Shown piece after piece: positions 52,003 through 64,000 of a stretch of DNA of 64,000 nt (position 1 is its first letter; each line of letters opens with the position of its first letter). The translations under genes and the position numbers were made by a program. The stretch is from Heptranchias perlo (taxonomy: Eukaryota): the NCBI RefSeq assembly GCF_035084215.1, contig NC_090340.1, positions 28,582,001-28,646,000 on the forward strand, given 5' to 3'. The notes beneath the pieces are model-generated. The model did no database searches, had not been told where the DNA came from, and saw only the letters and a list, made by a program, of their open reading frames with translations.

Positions 52003-53610
52003 AAAACAACTTAAATTTATATCGTGACTTTTACATAAAGAAATGTCCCAGGGCACTTCACAAGGAAATAGATGCCAAGCTAGGCAAGGGGAAAATTGGA
52101 AGGATGCCTGAAAGTTTGGTTGAAGAGAAGAGTTTTGAGGTTTTTAAAGGTGGAGAGAGGCGGAGTATTTTAGGAAGGGAGTTCCAAAGAGTGGGACCGA
52201 GGTGGCTAAGGGCTTTATCACCAGTGGCAGGGCAAAGTGGAGGGGACCCGAGATGGAGGAACAGATTATTTGGCAGGGGATATAGGACTAGAGGTGTTTG
52301 CAGAGATAGGGTAAGGCAAGGCCACGGAGTGACTTAAAGCCAAGGAAAAGATTTTAAACTTCATGCACTGGGGCCACAGCCAATGTAGGTCATTGAAGAT
52401 GATGGTAATGGACAAAGGTATTTTGTGCAGGATAGGATACATATGACAGAGTTTTGTACAAGTTGGAGTTTATGGAGGTTAGAGGATGGGAGACTGGTAA
52501 CAGAGCATTACAGTAGTCAAGTCTGGAGGTGACAAAGGCACATATAAGGGTTTTAGGTGCAGAGGTGTGGTGGAAGGCAGATACAGAGAGGACTGGTGCA
52601 GAGGCAGAAGTGATTTTTGGTGATGGATAGGATGTGGAGTTTAAAGCTCATCAAGATCAAACAGAATGCCAAGTTTGTGAATGATCTGGTTCAATCTGAG
52701 ACAGTGGTGGGGAGGGATGGTGATGTTGTTGAGGAGCAGCAATTAAATAAGGATGAGCAGGAGCAGAGGATAGATTCTCACGGGATCCTGGAAGTGACAG
52801 TGCATGGGAGGGGAGAGAAGCCATTGCTGGAAATGTACTGGCTGCATTTGGATAGGTAGGAATAGAACCATGTAAAGGCACTCCCATGGACCTGGATGAT
52901 GGAAGAGAGGTGATGGAGGGGATGGCATAGTCAGCTGTGTTGAATGCTGCAGAAAGATCAAGGAGGGAAAACGCACTATGATCACAGTCACAAAGGATGT
53001 AATTCATGACCTCAGTGACCATCAAGTCTGTCTTGATGCTGTGGGAAAGATGGATGCAAGGCTGGAGGGATTTTAACAAAGAGCTTTGAAAGAGAGGGGT
53101 ACAGAATTGAGAGCCAAATATACATTCAAGACCATTTGAGAGGAAAGGAATGGTGGAGATGGGTGATAGTTGAGAGGGCTGATGGGTCCAGGGTGCGTTT
53201 TTTGAGGAAGTGGGTGATAATGGTGGTTTAGAAGGAGAGAGAGAAGGCAACTGAGGAGAGTGAACCTTTGAAAAGTAAGCTACCATGGGGCCAGGAAGAA
53301 GAGTTGAGTGGTCAGGAGTTGAGAGGGAAGGTGGTTGAGGGAGCAGGACATTGGTCTCATGGACAAGATGAGCTTGGAGAGGGCACAGGAAGAGATGGGG
53401 AAGAAATTGCAGAAAGACAGGAGTTCAGGGCTAGAGATGGCAGGAAGATGGGATCTCGGGCCAGCAGGAAGGGGATGCTGGGGGCTGGGCAAGAAAAGGG
53501 GAAGTTGGGCGCTAGGGCTAGAGGAAGGGGATGATGCAGCGGAACTTTTGATCTTGGAGACAAAAAAATCCGTGAGCCGTTTGCACTTGTAGAAAGGATG
53601 ATGGGGAAGG
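52003..53610 (-). mobile_element. Decayed L2 LINE (RT and 3' end)
   Basis: SLLDLSAAFNTADY matches the L2 LLDLSAAFDTVDH motif. Tail tgtgaagtgccctgggacatt...tataaatttaagttgtt on the minus strand. Confidence 0.75.
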
Positions 53611-54607
53611 AAGAAGGAACATAGGAACAGCGATAGATCATTCAGCCCCTTGAGCCTGTTCCAACATTCTATTAGATCATGGCTGATCTGTACCTCAGCT
53701 CCATTTACCCGCCTTTGCTCCAAATCCCTTTGTACCCTTACCTAACAAAAATCTATTGATCTCAATCTGGACATTTTCAATTGTTTCAGCCTCCACAGCT
53801 TTTTGGGGGAGACTTTTCCACATTTCCACTGACCTTTGTGTGAAAAAATGCTTCCTGATTTCACTCCTAAATGGCCCAGCTCTAATTTTAAGATTATGCC
53901 CTCTTCTTCTGGGGAAATAGTTTCTCTGTATCTATCCTATCAAATCCCTTTATCATTTTAAATACCTTAATTAGATCACCCTTCAACCTTCTAAACTCAA
54001 GGAAATACAAACCAAGTTTATGCAACCTCTCATAATTTAACCCTTTAACCCCTGGTATCATTCTGTGCTGTACTCCCTCCAAGGTCAATATATTTTTCCT
54101 GAGGTTCGTTTCCCAAAACTGAACACAATACCCCAGATGGGGTCTGACCAAGGCTCTGTACAACTGAAGCATCACTTCCTCACTTTTGTATTCCAACTCT
54201 CTTGAGATAAAGACCAACATTCCATTAGCCTTTTTCATTACTTTGAATACCGGTGCACGAGCTTTAAGTGATCTATGCACATGGACACCCAAATCCTTTT
54301 GCTCCTAGTCTCTTATCGTTAAGAAAATATTCTGATTTGTCTTCCTTGGATCCAAAGTGAATGGATTCATTCTTCCCCACGAACACCATAGTTTTGCCGA
54401 CTCAATGGGCCCGATATTAGGACGGCGGTGGGTTGGCAGGGGGGGTCAACTGGGCGCTTGGGTAACGCGCCCAGTGAAATCGGGGTGCTCCGCACGCAAT
54501 CGCAGCTTGATTGAAGGTACTTACCTTTGCTTCCGGGTTTCGTGCTGGAAAGCTGCGCAGCGGGTGCACTGCGCATGCGCATCATAGGCTGTCAGCTGGA
54601 GGAGCCT

Positions 54608-54615
54608 TATTTAAA
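54608..54615 (+). promoter_or_regulatory. Candidate TATA box (TATTTAAA) of the Harbinger Myb gene
   Basis: Lies ~50 nt upstream of the ATG at 54666. The same TATTTAAAGGG precedes the paralog (~24522-24532, minus) and the family 1 transposase (~21658-21668, minus). Confidence 0.4.
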
Positions 54616-54665
54616 GGGGTAGTCCTCCATTGACTGATGCTGCAGAAAATAGGAAAAATTACAGC

Positions 54666-54911
54666 ATGGAGCAGCCCAGGGGGAAGGCTGCACCCAGGTT
54701 TAACGATGCCTCACTTCCGATCTTATTGGATGGGGTGAGGATGAGAGGGAGGACTGAGATCTTCCCCACTGCGGGCAGGAGGAAGTGGCCTGCCTCTGCC
54801 ACCAAGAAGGCCTGTCTCGAGGTGGCAGAGGAGGTCACCTGCACCACCAATATATCACGCACCTGCATACAGTGCAGGAGGCGCTTCAATGACCTAAGAA
54901 GGTCAGCCGAA
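54666..54911 (+). CDS. Open Myb/SANT-like DNA-binding exon of Harbinger family 2
   Basis: MEQPRGKAAPRFNDASL.ILLDGV...RTCIQCRRRFNDL, 82 codons, followed by the donor gtgagt at 54912. Expression is not shown. Confidence 0.6.
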
Positions 54912-55479
54912 GTGAGTACACTTACTCATTCCCCTACACTCCGTCTGCTACATCACCGCCCCCACCCCACATCTCCTTCTGCACTGCCAACACTACTCTG
55001 TCACATCACCCCTCATACCCACTCAAAGCTCATCCTCATCTTACCTGCACTTACTTACCTCGCCAGTACTCATCCCACCACTACCACTCAACCCAATCCT
55101 CATACAATCTCATGGCTCTATCTCATACTCACCCTCTCATGCATCTCTTTCACGGTCAGCCTCACCCAACCTGCTACTACTTGTGCTGCAGCCACAGGGC
55201 ATGCATCACATATGTGCAGTAGGAAGCGTAAGGCAAACATGTCGTGAGCATGAAGGGAATGCACAAGGGCGTTTGAGGGTTTGTTATGGTTTTTACTTAT
55301 ATTTAATTTCTGATCAAGTCACATTACATATTATATTGTCACCACTACTGCCGTGTCATTGCGAATCTTGTCTGGTTTGTGCAATAATGCCCTTTCCAGA
55401 GGATCACTATGAAGACCCACAACTGATGCCACCCATTGTGTCACTGCAGAGTGGGTGTAGGTGTATTTGCACCTGTAGG

Positions 55480-55925
55480 CTGTTTTGTGAAGATGACTGA
55501 GAGACGTCGGCGATGTCCCCGGTGGCACCCTGGAAGGATGTTAAGGAGAAGTTGTTGAGGGCAGTGATGACTTTGACAGCGACAGGTAAGAAGATGGTGC
55601 TCGGGCCAGCCGGGAGCAGCTCGGCATGAAGGAGGCTGCAGATGTCCACGACTACATGTCGAGTGACTCTAAGCCTCCATGTGCACTGCTGCTCAGAGAG
55701 GTCCAGGAAGCTGAGCCTAGGTCTGTAGACCCTGTGATGAGGGTAGTGCCTTCTGCGACGCATCTCTCTCTGCGGTTGCCCTCCCTCCTGCTGTGCAGGT
55801 GGATGTGTCACAGCACTGTGTTGTGGAGCTCCACGTGTCAGAGGTGGACGGCGTGGCCGACGAGGCTGGTGATGCTGTTCGCCCTCCGAGGAGGTCATGA
55901 CTGCAGCTACGGCGGCCCCCATCTG
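55480..55925 (-). pseudogene. N-terminal fragment of HARBI1-like transposase
   Basis: RVYRPRLSFLDLSEQQC..RLR...LPVAVKVITALN.F...SFQGATGDIADVSQSS. Truncated before the DDE domain. Confidence 0.85.
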
Positions 55926-58817
55926 GACGATGTACATTTGAGGGGGTCCGCAAGGTAGGTACATGTGTCTGGACACCGGGGTAAGTGAGCAAGTTGGTGA
56001 ATTTTATTGTTAGGAGGAGGGTGGTGGAGGCCAAACTTTGTCCAAAGTGACAGAGTGGCCTCCTGCAATGAGTGAGGGTCTCCCCCCTCCACCTGCAGCT
56101 GCCACAGGCTGATGGCTGCAACATGTCCATTTCAACTGGGAGTGTTTCCCCCAGTACGGGAAACAGTCCCAGTTGACTTGAAAATCCCACCCCTCCTAAA
56201 ATATCAGGTCAATCAGGACTCTAAATGACTTGAAGTACCTGGTTAATTACTTCAAGTGGCATCCCACCGGCTTTAATTGCCGGCGGGAGTCCCACATGCG
56301 GGAGCTGCGCGCGCATGTCAGCGCGTCACTGAGGAACCCAGAAGTGAGCGGGTTGGAGCCGTGCTCAGGACCCAGTCCGGGAATCCCCGATTTTCGGAGC
56401 CCCCCCGCCACAAACACACCCGCTCGGGGCTGTGAAAATCGAGCCCAATCTGTTTATGTCCCTTTGTAACTTTCTGTTCTCTATCCCTTCATCCAAGTTA
56501 TTAATATATATGGTGAAAAGCTAAGGCCCCAGCACAGATCGTTGGGGAACACCACTTGTCACAGCCTGCCAATCAGTAAACATTCCCTTTATCCCTACTC
56601 TCTCTCCTACCCCCCAATCAATTAACAACCCATGTCACAGGATTACCTCCAATTCCATGCGCTTTCATTTTTGCTAATAATCTGTTGTGCGAACCTTATT
56701 GAATGCCTTCTGGAAATCCATACAGACAATGTTCATAGACACTCCCTTATCCACCATGCTAATAACATCCTCAAAAAAAAAATCAACTGGATTAGTCTGA
56801 CATGACCTACCCTACACAAATCCATGCTGACTGTCTTTGATCAGATGATATTTATCCAAGTGCTCAGTCACTGTGTCTCTGATGATAGATTCCAGTACCT
56901 TCCCCAAAAGAAGGTGGTTGGTTGTAGAAAAATGAAGCCTGAGTTTCTCCTTGCCTTCCAGGATGATCCTGGAATAGCAGATTGTTTTCTCTGAGGAGAA
57001 CGCAGCACAGCAATGTTTGACACAGTCATGCCAAATCTGGCAGCTAAAGGTTAGGAAAGTTGTGCAGCAGGGTATGTAAAATTTTACTGCCCTCTGACTT
57101 GAGGGAGTGAAATTGGGGCCTGTACCAAGCAAATGACAGTGGTGGGAAACAGTGATTGATTTACTGGAAGAAAATATGTTTAAAACAGAGGGAAGGGAGG
57201 GAACTATAGCCATTTGAGTGAATGAAATTGGGCACTGATCCTGATATTCCAACCTCTTTGATTTAAAAGTTTATATTTTAATAATAAGTTCTCAATTTGT
57301 GCATATTTAATAAATGGCCGTGTTGTTGTTGCCCTTTTCAGACCTTGGAATCATAATGCTCAGTCAGGTTCACCGTCTGTTAACAATCTGCTCACTTCTC
57401 TGTGAAAAAATACATTTGCTCTTCAGTTAACTCTGGCTGACTGTCACCATGGCCATGATTTGTGTGGTTCCTAAGCCGGTCAGCAAGAGAAGTGGAAGGT
57501 TTATCATTGCGTGCATGCACGGACTCCTCCTCCCACTGGTGAACTCTGAGAGAAGAAGCCACACCAGTCTGGTTCAGCCCCCCCTTGCCTGCAGCTCCCC
57601 ACCCACAGTGTAAAAGCCATGGCCCGTGTCAACAGGACAGTCATGCAGCAGTGATTTATTAGAACTGCATTGTGTTCAAAACACGAGGCATAACTGGTGA
57701 AATTTGTCTGTGCTGAACGTGCAAAGATTGTGAAACTTGTCAGAAACTCTAATGGGAAAACAAAAAAAAAACAGCAAAAATTATAACAGAGGATTGCAAC
57801 CAACAGTGTTTGAGTAAAACCCAAATAACAAAGCACCCCCATTCACCATACTTGTGAGGTGGACCAGTGGACACGGTAGGTGGCTTCATAATTGCCTGCA
57901 TAGTTCCGTCATATCCAAATGAATCCATAAGTATTTTAACTTTGGTTTTATATATAAATACACAATGCTGATTAAATTATAGGGCCACAGCCAAACTAAA
58001 TGTGCAAGTTGTTTATGGAAAATATGGTTTTGAAGTCAAGCCATGATCATGAGCATCATAAGAATCTGTGGTCAATAAAAGGTGTTTTTAATAAATGGCA
58101 TAACTTTCAGTACATAAATCTGTCTATTTGTTGTAATTTTTATGCAGTTAATTCAGGCACTTTCATTTCTTAGTGATGGGCTGAAAATAAATTCAAGTTT
58201 TATTACATTTCCATATAATCATATGTGTGTGACTTCCAGCAACAGTGGTTGGAACCACAAGAGGGCTGGTTACGGGCCTTAGCTGTGCCACTGTAAAATG
58301 CTGCAGATTGTATATGTGTGTGTGCATATGCGTGTCGACGTGTGTGTATATATTGCCTGGACGAACTGGGTCTGTCTATGATAGGACACTAACACAGGGA
58401 AACCAAAATCAGTTGTAATCTTCACACTGCCTCCTATTATTGTTGTATTATTATCTCTGATTTCATGATTTAACCCAAAAACAGCAGTTATGTATCTATG
58501 GAGGATTAAATTTATTTCTGAAGGTCGAAGTCCCATTCCTTCCACCAATATATCAAACATCTTCAACAGTGTATTTCTATTCAGACATTTTTTTTGCTAA
58601 CTGGGCAGTGATCGTGCAATGATTATGTGTTCTTTCCTTGGCATCGTAGCATTCCCTACACTGATTGCATCCCACACAACTAGATGTTATCATTATCATA
58701 CTATATTCAGGGATCTCCCATGAGAATGAAGCTAGAGTACTGGAGGCAAGTCATCATGGGTGAGCAAAGAGACCACTGGACTCTGGCCAGGTCTGTCTGG
58801 ACCAGGAACAGAGGCAT

Positions 58818-58878
58818 AACAACAGCAATTTGCATTTATATAGCGCCTTGAACATAGGAAAACACCCCAAAGTGCTTA
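58818..58878 (-). mobile_element. L2/SINE 3' tail fragment
   Basis: Minus strand aagcactttggggtg...aaggcgctatataaatgcaaattgctgttgtt. Confidence 0.6.
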
Positions 58879-59622
58879 GAGCTCAAGAGGGCTCCCCTGG
58901 TATAGAAACGTAATGGTAGCAGTCGCAGCAGGCACACAGTCAGGAGCACAGCAATTGGGGTGAGCCTATAGTGTACATAGAAATCAAGGTGTGGGTCTGA
59001 ACCAGGAACACAGCAAACGAGGCTCATTCGTGTGAGCAGAGAGCAAAGCCAAAAGACTTCGGGCAAAGCTTCGGGAAATGAGCAACATTTTTAACAATAA
59101 CGTGAGCCGGAAAGGCCCACTGCAGGGCCGCATTTCACAGACACTGATGTCATCGCATGTGCAGAGGCCTGAAAAAAATATCTGGAGGGAAGGCCCAGCT
59201 GAATAGAGCAAGTTTCAGGATCAGAGCAAAACTCTAGCTCAGCCACCTGAGAGCAGTTAGGAACCAGAGCAAAACTTACTAGATAGACGTTGACAGGAGA
59301 TGAACAATTTAATGGATAAGTCTGAAGATTTTTTGTGAATTATTTAGGCTTTCTTTCTGTTTTTTTATGTTAGCTGCCTTGTTTCGGTACAATATCCATG
59401 TATTACTGACAAAAGAAAATGGCAGCTTGAAACAGTGTCCTCTTTTTTATCAATTTCATTGGTTGTCCTTCTTGCTATTTTATGGTCGCGATTTTCTTGG
59501 AGCTTTCCTATCTTTTTTTAATAACATTTGAAACAATCGGCATTGTTCAGTTAATAGTCACTTGTGATTTTTTTTAATGAATGATATTTGAGCCAATCAG
59601 GTACAAGCGTGATGGACACAGT

Positions 59623-60233
59623 GACCCCGATATTTACGGGGAGGCGGGGAGGGTGTGGGGGAGGCCGGGATTGGCCGAGGAACCCGACAAGGTAGGGGAC
59701 GTGGAGGTCCTGCCGAATTTAACGGTGGGACCACATTATCATTTTTTTCTTCCATTTCCTGCCCAGCAGCCAGCCAAACTGACAGCCTGGCCAAGTGCTG
59801 GGTGGGAAAACCAATGGCAGGAGGCTGCAGCCGAGGATCCCTGGGGACGGTCCCTGGCAATTGTGGTGGGGGAGGTCATCCACGATCATGGCATGGAGAG
59901 AAAGGCATTGAGGTTTGGGGAGAGGGGGAGGTTAGCGATCGCGGCAGGGGGAAGAAAGAGGCCGCGATCAGCAGTGGGGGAGGTCGAAGGTTTCCATGAG
60001 GGGCCCGGGGAAGCACTCCTGCTCCTTCTGGCCCACAGGGAGTGCTGTGGGACCCCGATTAAATATGGTAATGAAGTGTCCTGCCTCTCCACAGCAGGAC
60101 ACTCAGACGTGACAAAACCCACCGCCGTAAAAATGGCAACAGGTGGCGGGTCGGGGACACATTCCCGGCTTTTTCATTTTTAAACCCCTCCAGCCCTATC
60201 CCGCCCGTTGTGGGGGGGGCTAATATCAAGGCC
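59623..60233. mobile_element. GC-rich Harbinger-like MITE
   Basis: Ends gaccccgatattta and taatatcaaggcc resemble the family 2 TIR. An internal motif is shared with 36876-37507. Confidence 0.6.
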
Positions 60234-60752
60234 ATTGCATTAGTTTCACTTTCAGGATTGAAGTACAATGCTTTCAAATATGATGTACATTTCCTGATGC
60301 TAGATAGAGATCATTTCATGATATTTACAGATACTGCTAAGAAAATATAAATGTTTGACATGTATTATGCCAGCATGATTCAAATTACAATGCACAATGA
60401 AAATAATTGGCTGAAAAATAATACTGTACAAAAACTAAATACAGTTTAAATTTTCCATTGTTTGTAGCTTTGGTAAATTACAATATACACATGATATTCT
60501 ATTCTCCTATAACATGCAGTAAAAACCCCAATATAACCACTGTTCAAATCATGTGGTACAATATCTCCTCAGCTTAAATTGGTTCATTTGATTACAAGAA
60601 CCATGACACCACTGGTGGCACAACAAAATCTTTTCCAAATAATATAATAAAACCACCCTCCATGAATCCTGCTCTTTCAATTCTTGTGTGTTATATAGAA
60701 CAGTGCAAATTGCAATGTATTTAAAGGACATGGTACATGTTGGGGCCCCAGG

Positions 60753-61579
60753 TTTTGTTTTATTCGTTCACGGGATGTGGGCGTCGCTGTCAAGGCCAGC
60801 ATTTATTGCCCATCCCTAATTGCCCTTGAGAAGGTGCCTTCTTGAACCGTTGCAGTCCAAGTGGTGAAGGTTTTCCCACAATGCCGTTATGTAGGGAGTT
60901 CCAGAATTTTGACCCAGCGACGATGAAGGAACGGCGATATAGTTCCAAGTCAGGATGGTGTGTGACTTGGAGGGGAACGTGCAGGTGGTGTTATTCCCAT
61001 GTGCCTGCTGCTCTTGTCCTTCTAGGTGGTAGCAGTCACAGGTTTGGGAGGTGCTGTTAAAGAAGCCTTGGCGAGTTGCTGCAGTGCATCATGTAGATTG
61101 TACACACTGCAGCCACGGTGCGCCGGTGATGAAGGGCGTGAATGATTAGGGTGGTGGATGGGGTGCCAATCAAGTGGGCTGCTTTGTCCTGGATGTTGTT
61201 GGAGCTGCACTCATCCAGGCAAGTGGAGAGTGTTCCATCACACGCCTTGTAGATGGTGGAAAGGCTATGGGGAGTCAGGAGGTGAGTCACTCGCCACAGA
61301 ATACCCTGCCTCTGACCTGCTCTTGTAGACACAGTATTTATGTGGCTGGTCCAGTTAAGTTTCTGGTCAATGGTGACCTTCAGAATGTTGATGGTGGGGG
61401 ATTCAGCGATGGTAATGCCGTTGAATGTCAAGGGGAGGTGGTTGGACTCTCTCTTGTTGGACATGGTCATTGCCTGGCACTTGTCTGGAGCGAATGTTAC
61501 TTGCCACTTATCAGCCCAAGCCTGGATGTTGTCCAGGTCTTGCTGCATGCGGGCACAGACTGCTTCATTATCTGAGGGG
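60753..61579 (-). mobile_element. Older 5'-truncated HER1-like LINE
   Basis: MQQDLDNIQAWADKWQVTFAPDKCQ and the same 3' tail as 13415-13477, with several small deletions. Confidence 0.9.
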
Positions 61580-63796
61580 TAATGTTATTACAGCATTCGA
61601 GCTTCTCTCTCACTGTTATTGATAATATTGAACCCTTTGGTGTATAATTGCCCTGTATCTTACTCCAGTTTGTGTGTTATCCTAATTGTAGAAGAAAACG
61701 GTCATTTTAAAAATATGTTTCATTGCATCCTTACTATTTGTAAGGTTTATTCTTGTGTGAAAAGTTAACAGATCTGTTTCTGGAATTTACCCCTCCACAT
61801 TTTGATGTGGTACGATCTGTTTCGAAGAGGGAACCCAAAAGGACCTAAATTAGTTTGAGTGATCTATCTTTTTACGTATAAAACGCAACATGTACAGAGG
61901 TATGAAATGATTCTCCATTCTTGTCTAGCCACTGTAATGACAAGTGATCAATGACTGGAGCCACAGCAACAAATGCAGTTTAAACGTATGTGCTGGCTGG
62001 TTGTCCAATAGAGGTAGTATAATTATAATTGTAATAGAGTGGATTATTTTATTGAGTCTAATAATGTCAGATTATTATGTTATTGCCAATATTCATTAAA
62101 TGCAATCTGTGTTGTGTTGGAAAGTGAGCAGTTTCTTTGGTACATGTGATTCTACTGTAAGCCACCATGCACTTTTCCCAAATTTTGCTAACAGTCAATG
62201 TCCCATGGAGCGGAACCTTATATGTAGTGATTAAGAGCTGTGGCTTTTCCCTACTGCTTGAGCATTGGTTCTACTGTGCACTGTTGATCTATCACAAACA
62301 ACCAACTTGGAGCCTTCAGCAGTCATAAATGCAGCATTAATACTGATGTTGCACGCAGATGAATCGCTCGAGTGAAGAACACTGATACAGATGACATGAT
62401 GATGGGAAGAGCATTGTCCTTATGTTAAATTATTTGCTTAAATTCTCTCTCATTGACGATGCTCTTTCGAAAGCAATGTCCATTATCCAGAGGAAGCTCT
62501 AAGGAGATATGCTGAGACTGTCGCGTGCTTTGATGGTAATTTTGCCTCAGGCATTTGTCATCTAACCTACAGGGATAACAACGTGTAATGGTGGTGCTTC
62601 TTTAGTACTCAGTGTAAGTATGCACACAGTACCGAGATCCCTATTACAATTAAAATGGGGAAATAAATCATAAACATACCGTGAACAAAGAAAGTTTGGT
62701 ATCAAATTCATGTCATTTCACCTCTTATTTTGTGTCTAATGATTAAATTCAAACAAACAATATTTAATTATTTCTTCAATTTTGTACTTCTATTTCTTTT
62801 TTATTTGTTCCAACACAACTGCAGCAACACTGCACTTTCTGTCTGGATATATTTAACAGCAAGCCTGCTTGATGAACATCCTCTCAATGATCTGTGGCCT
62901 TTTGAATGAATATAAAATCTTGTATTGTTGCTACCTATTTAAAAACATGAGCCATCACTGTTATTTTAATAATTTAAATAAGTCACAATAATATTTACTT
63001 CAAGTATATCCTTTTCTAACTACCTCAGGAGAATAGTACCAGTTGTTAAAATGTTTGCAAATTGAGTCCCTGGTGACTTCCATGGTAATTATTTTTTCTT
63101 TGCCTGACAATGGAACGAGGAATGGTCAGTTATAGCAGCAATGATTATTGTCGCTGGTAAATACACATGGCCATTCAGAGGTGCCTGGATATGCCATCCA
63201 GAAATCAAGAGTGTGAAGACACACATCTACCTTTATTATGTTTAATTTTATCTTTTAAGTGGGAGGAACCGAAGTAGAAACTGCATTATCTGGAAGAACT
63301 GAAATGATTTCTCCTCCACCATACTAAAATTGTGCCTCATTAAGGAAGGGCTATGTTTGAGAGAAGTGAAGACTTGACGAATCAGTATCAGCAGAACTGC
63401 AAAGTGGGGCATAAACATCATCTTTGATTTCTGATCTCCAGCTTCAGCACCGAATTGGTGCAAGTAAATAATGTGTGAATGAGGCTTGTCCTGTTCTATG
63501 ACCCCCATTGTGTGCCGTGGATACTGAAACGCTGATTGCAAGCTGATAAATGGAGGGGCAATTCTTCACATTTCAATTTGTTTAGTAAAAGTAGTAGCTC
63601 TGTTGACGTTTATGGACTTGGTGATCGATTCTTTTCATTTTTTGCTTAAGATTCTGTTATAACATTTTTTTATATGTGTTTTAGTCTGACATCCTTTTGA
63701 CATGATTTTAGTTGTGTCAAATTCTATCGCACTCAGAACAAATAAGAAAATGTACATTTTGGTGTGCAGCCTCATTGACTCCACAGCAAGACAATA

Positions 63797-64000
63797 TGGG
63801 GTAGATTTTGTCTTTTGGGTGGCCGGTTGGCGCGATCAGCCGCCCGCTAAGGCGATGAACGGGCCGCTGCCATTTTGAGGTTCGGGCCTTGTATGAATCC
63901 GACTGGTGAGAAAAGTGTCCTGAGGCAGCAACACCGGATTTTAGGCCACAGGAATGTCAGCATGCTGGGACGCCTGCGGCTGCTGCTGGTCAATCTTACG
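63797..64000. mobile_element. Probable left end of another Harbinger-like MITE, cut by the window edge
   Basis: Abrupt switch from AT-rich to GC/CpG-rich sequence at ggggtagatttt, similar to the other GGG-starting termini. Confidence 0.4.

Larger units (their letters stand above)
54407..56446 (+). mobile_element. Internally deleted PIF/Harbinger element (family 2)
   Basis: TIRs gggcccgatatt and aaaatcgagccc. TSD aat at 54404-54406 and 56447-56449. Myb exon on the plus strand, transposase N-terminus on the minus strand. Confidence 0.92.
53612..56905 (-). mobile_element. CR1 LINE split by a Harbinger (53612-54406 and 56447-56905)
   Basis: GKVLESIIRD...DSQHGF in the 5' piece. LVRPHLGYCVQFW and RRLKGDLIKVFK in the 3' piece. 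ttcctatgttcct tail. Confidence 0.88.

Noticed and set aside
58308-58352. Alternating purine-pyrimidine tract; also (TA)n at ~31808-31825 and (GAG)n at ~18386-18411
   Set aside because: Ordinary short microsatellites with no further structure.
59581-60183. 200-aa ORF
   Set aside because: It lies almost entirely within a GC-rich MITE and has no recognisable domain.
63248-63541. 97-aa minus-strand ORF
   Set aside because: No recognisable motif or convincing splice boundaries, so it cannot be supported without a search.

Overview
Repeat-rich, AT-rich eukaryotic DNA, most likely from a cartilaginous fish. The organism is inferred from HE1/HER1-type and Deu-domain SINE/LINE sequences. No intact host gene could be supported. 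The left half is a ~13.8-kb head-to-tail tandem duplication (copy A 361-14138, copy B 14137-27999). Each copy carries its own later insertions, so the other copy shows the empty site. These insertions are CR1 LINEs, a young HER1-like LINE, PIF/Harbinger DNA transposons (one with a nested Penelope-like element) and an 82-bp piece of 28S rRNA. The right half holds more CR1, L2 and HER1-like LINEs, SINEs, Harbinger derivatives and MITEs, an old inverted duplication, and possibly decayed minus-strand exons. The most unusual element is a 200-bp Penelope-derived insertion (47225-47424). It is a perfect 83-bp-arm hairpin with a 14-bp TSD and carries an intact minimal hammerhead ribozyme core. Its GIY-YIG-encoding relative lies at 19352-20049. 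All family names come from motif recognition and by-eye alignment, not database searches.
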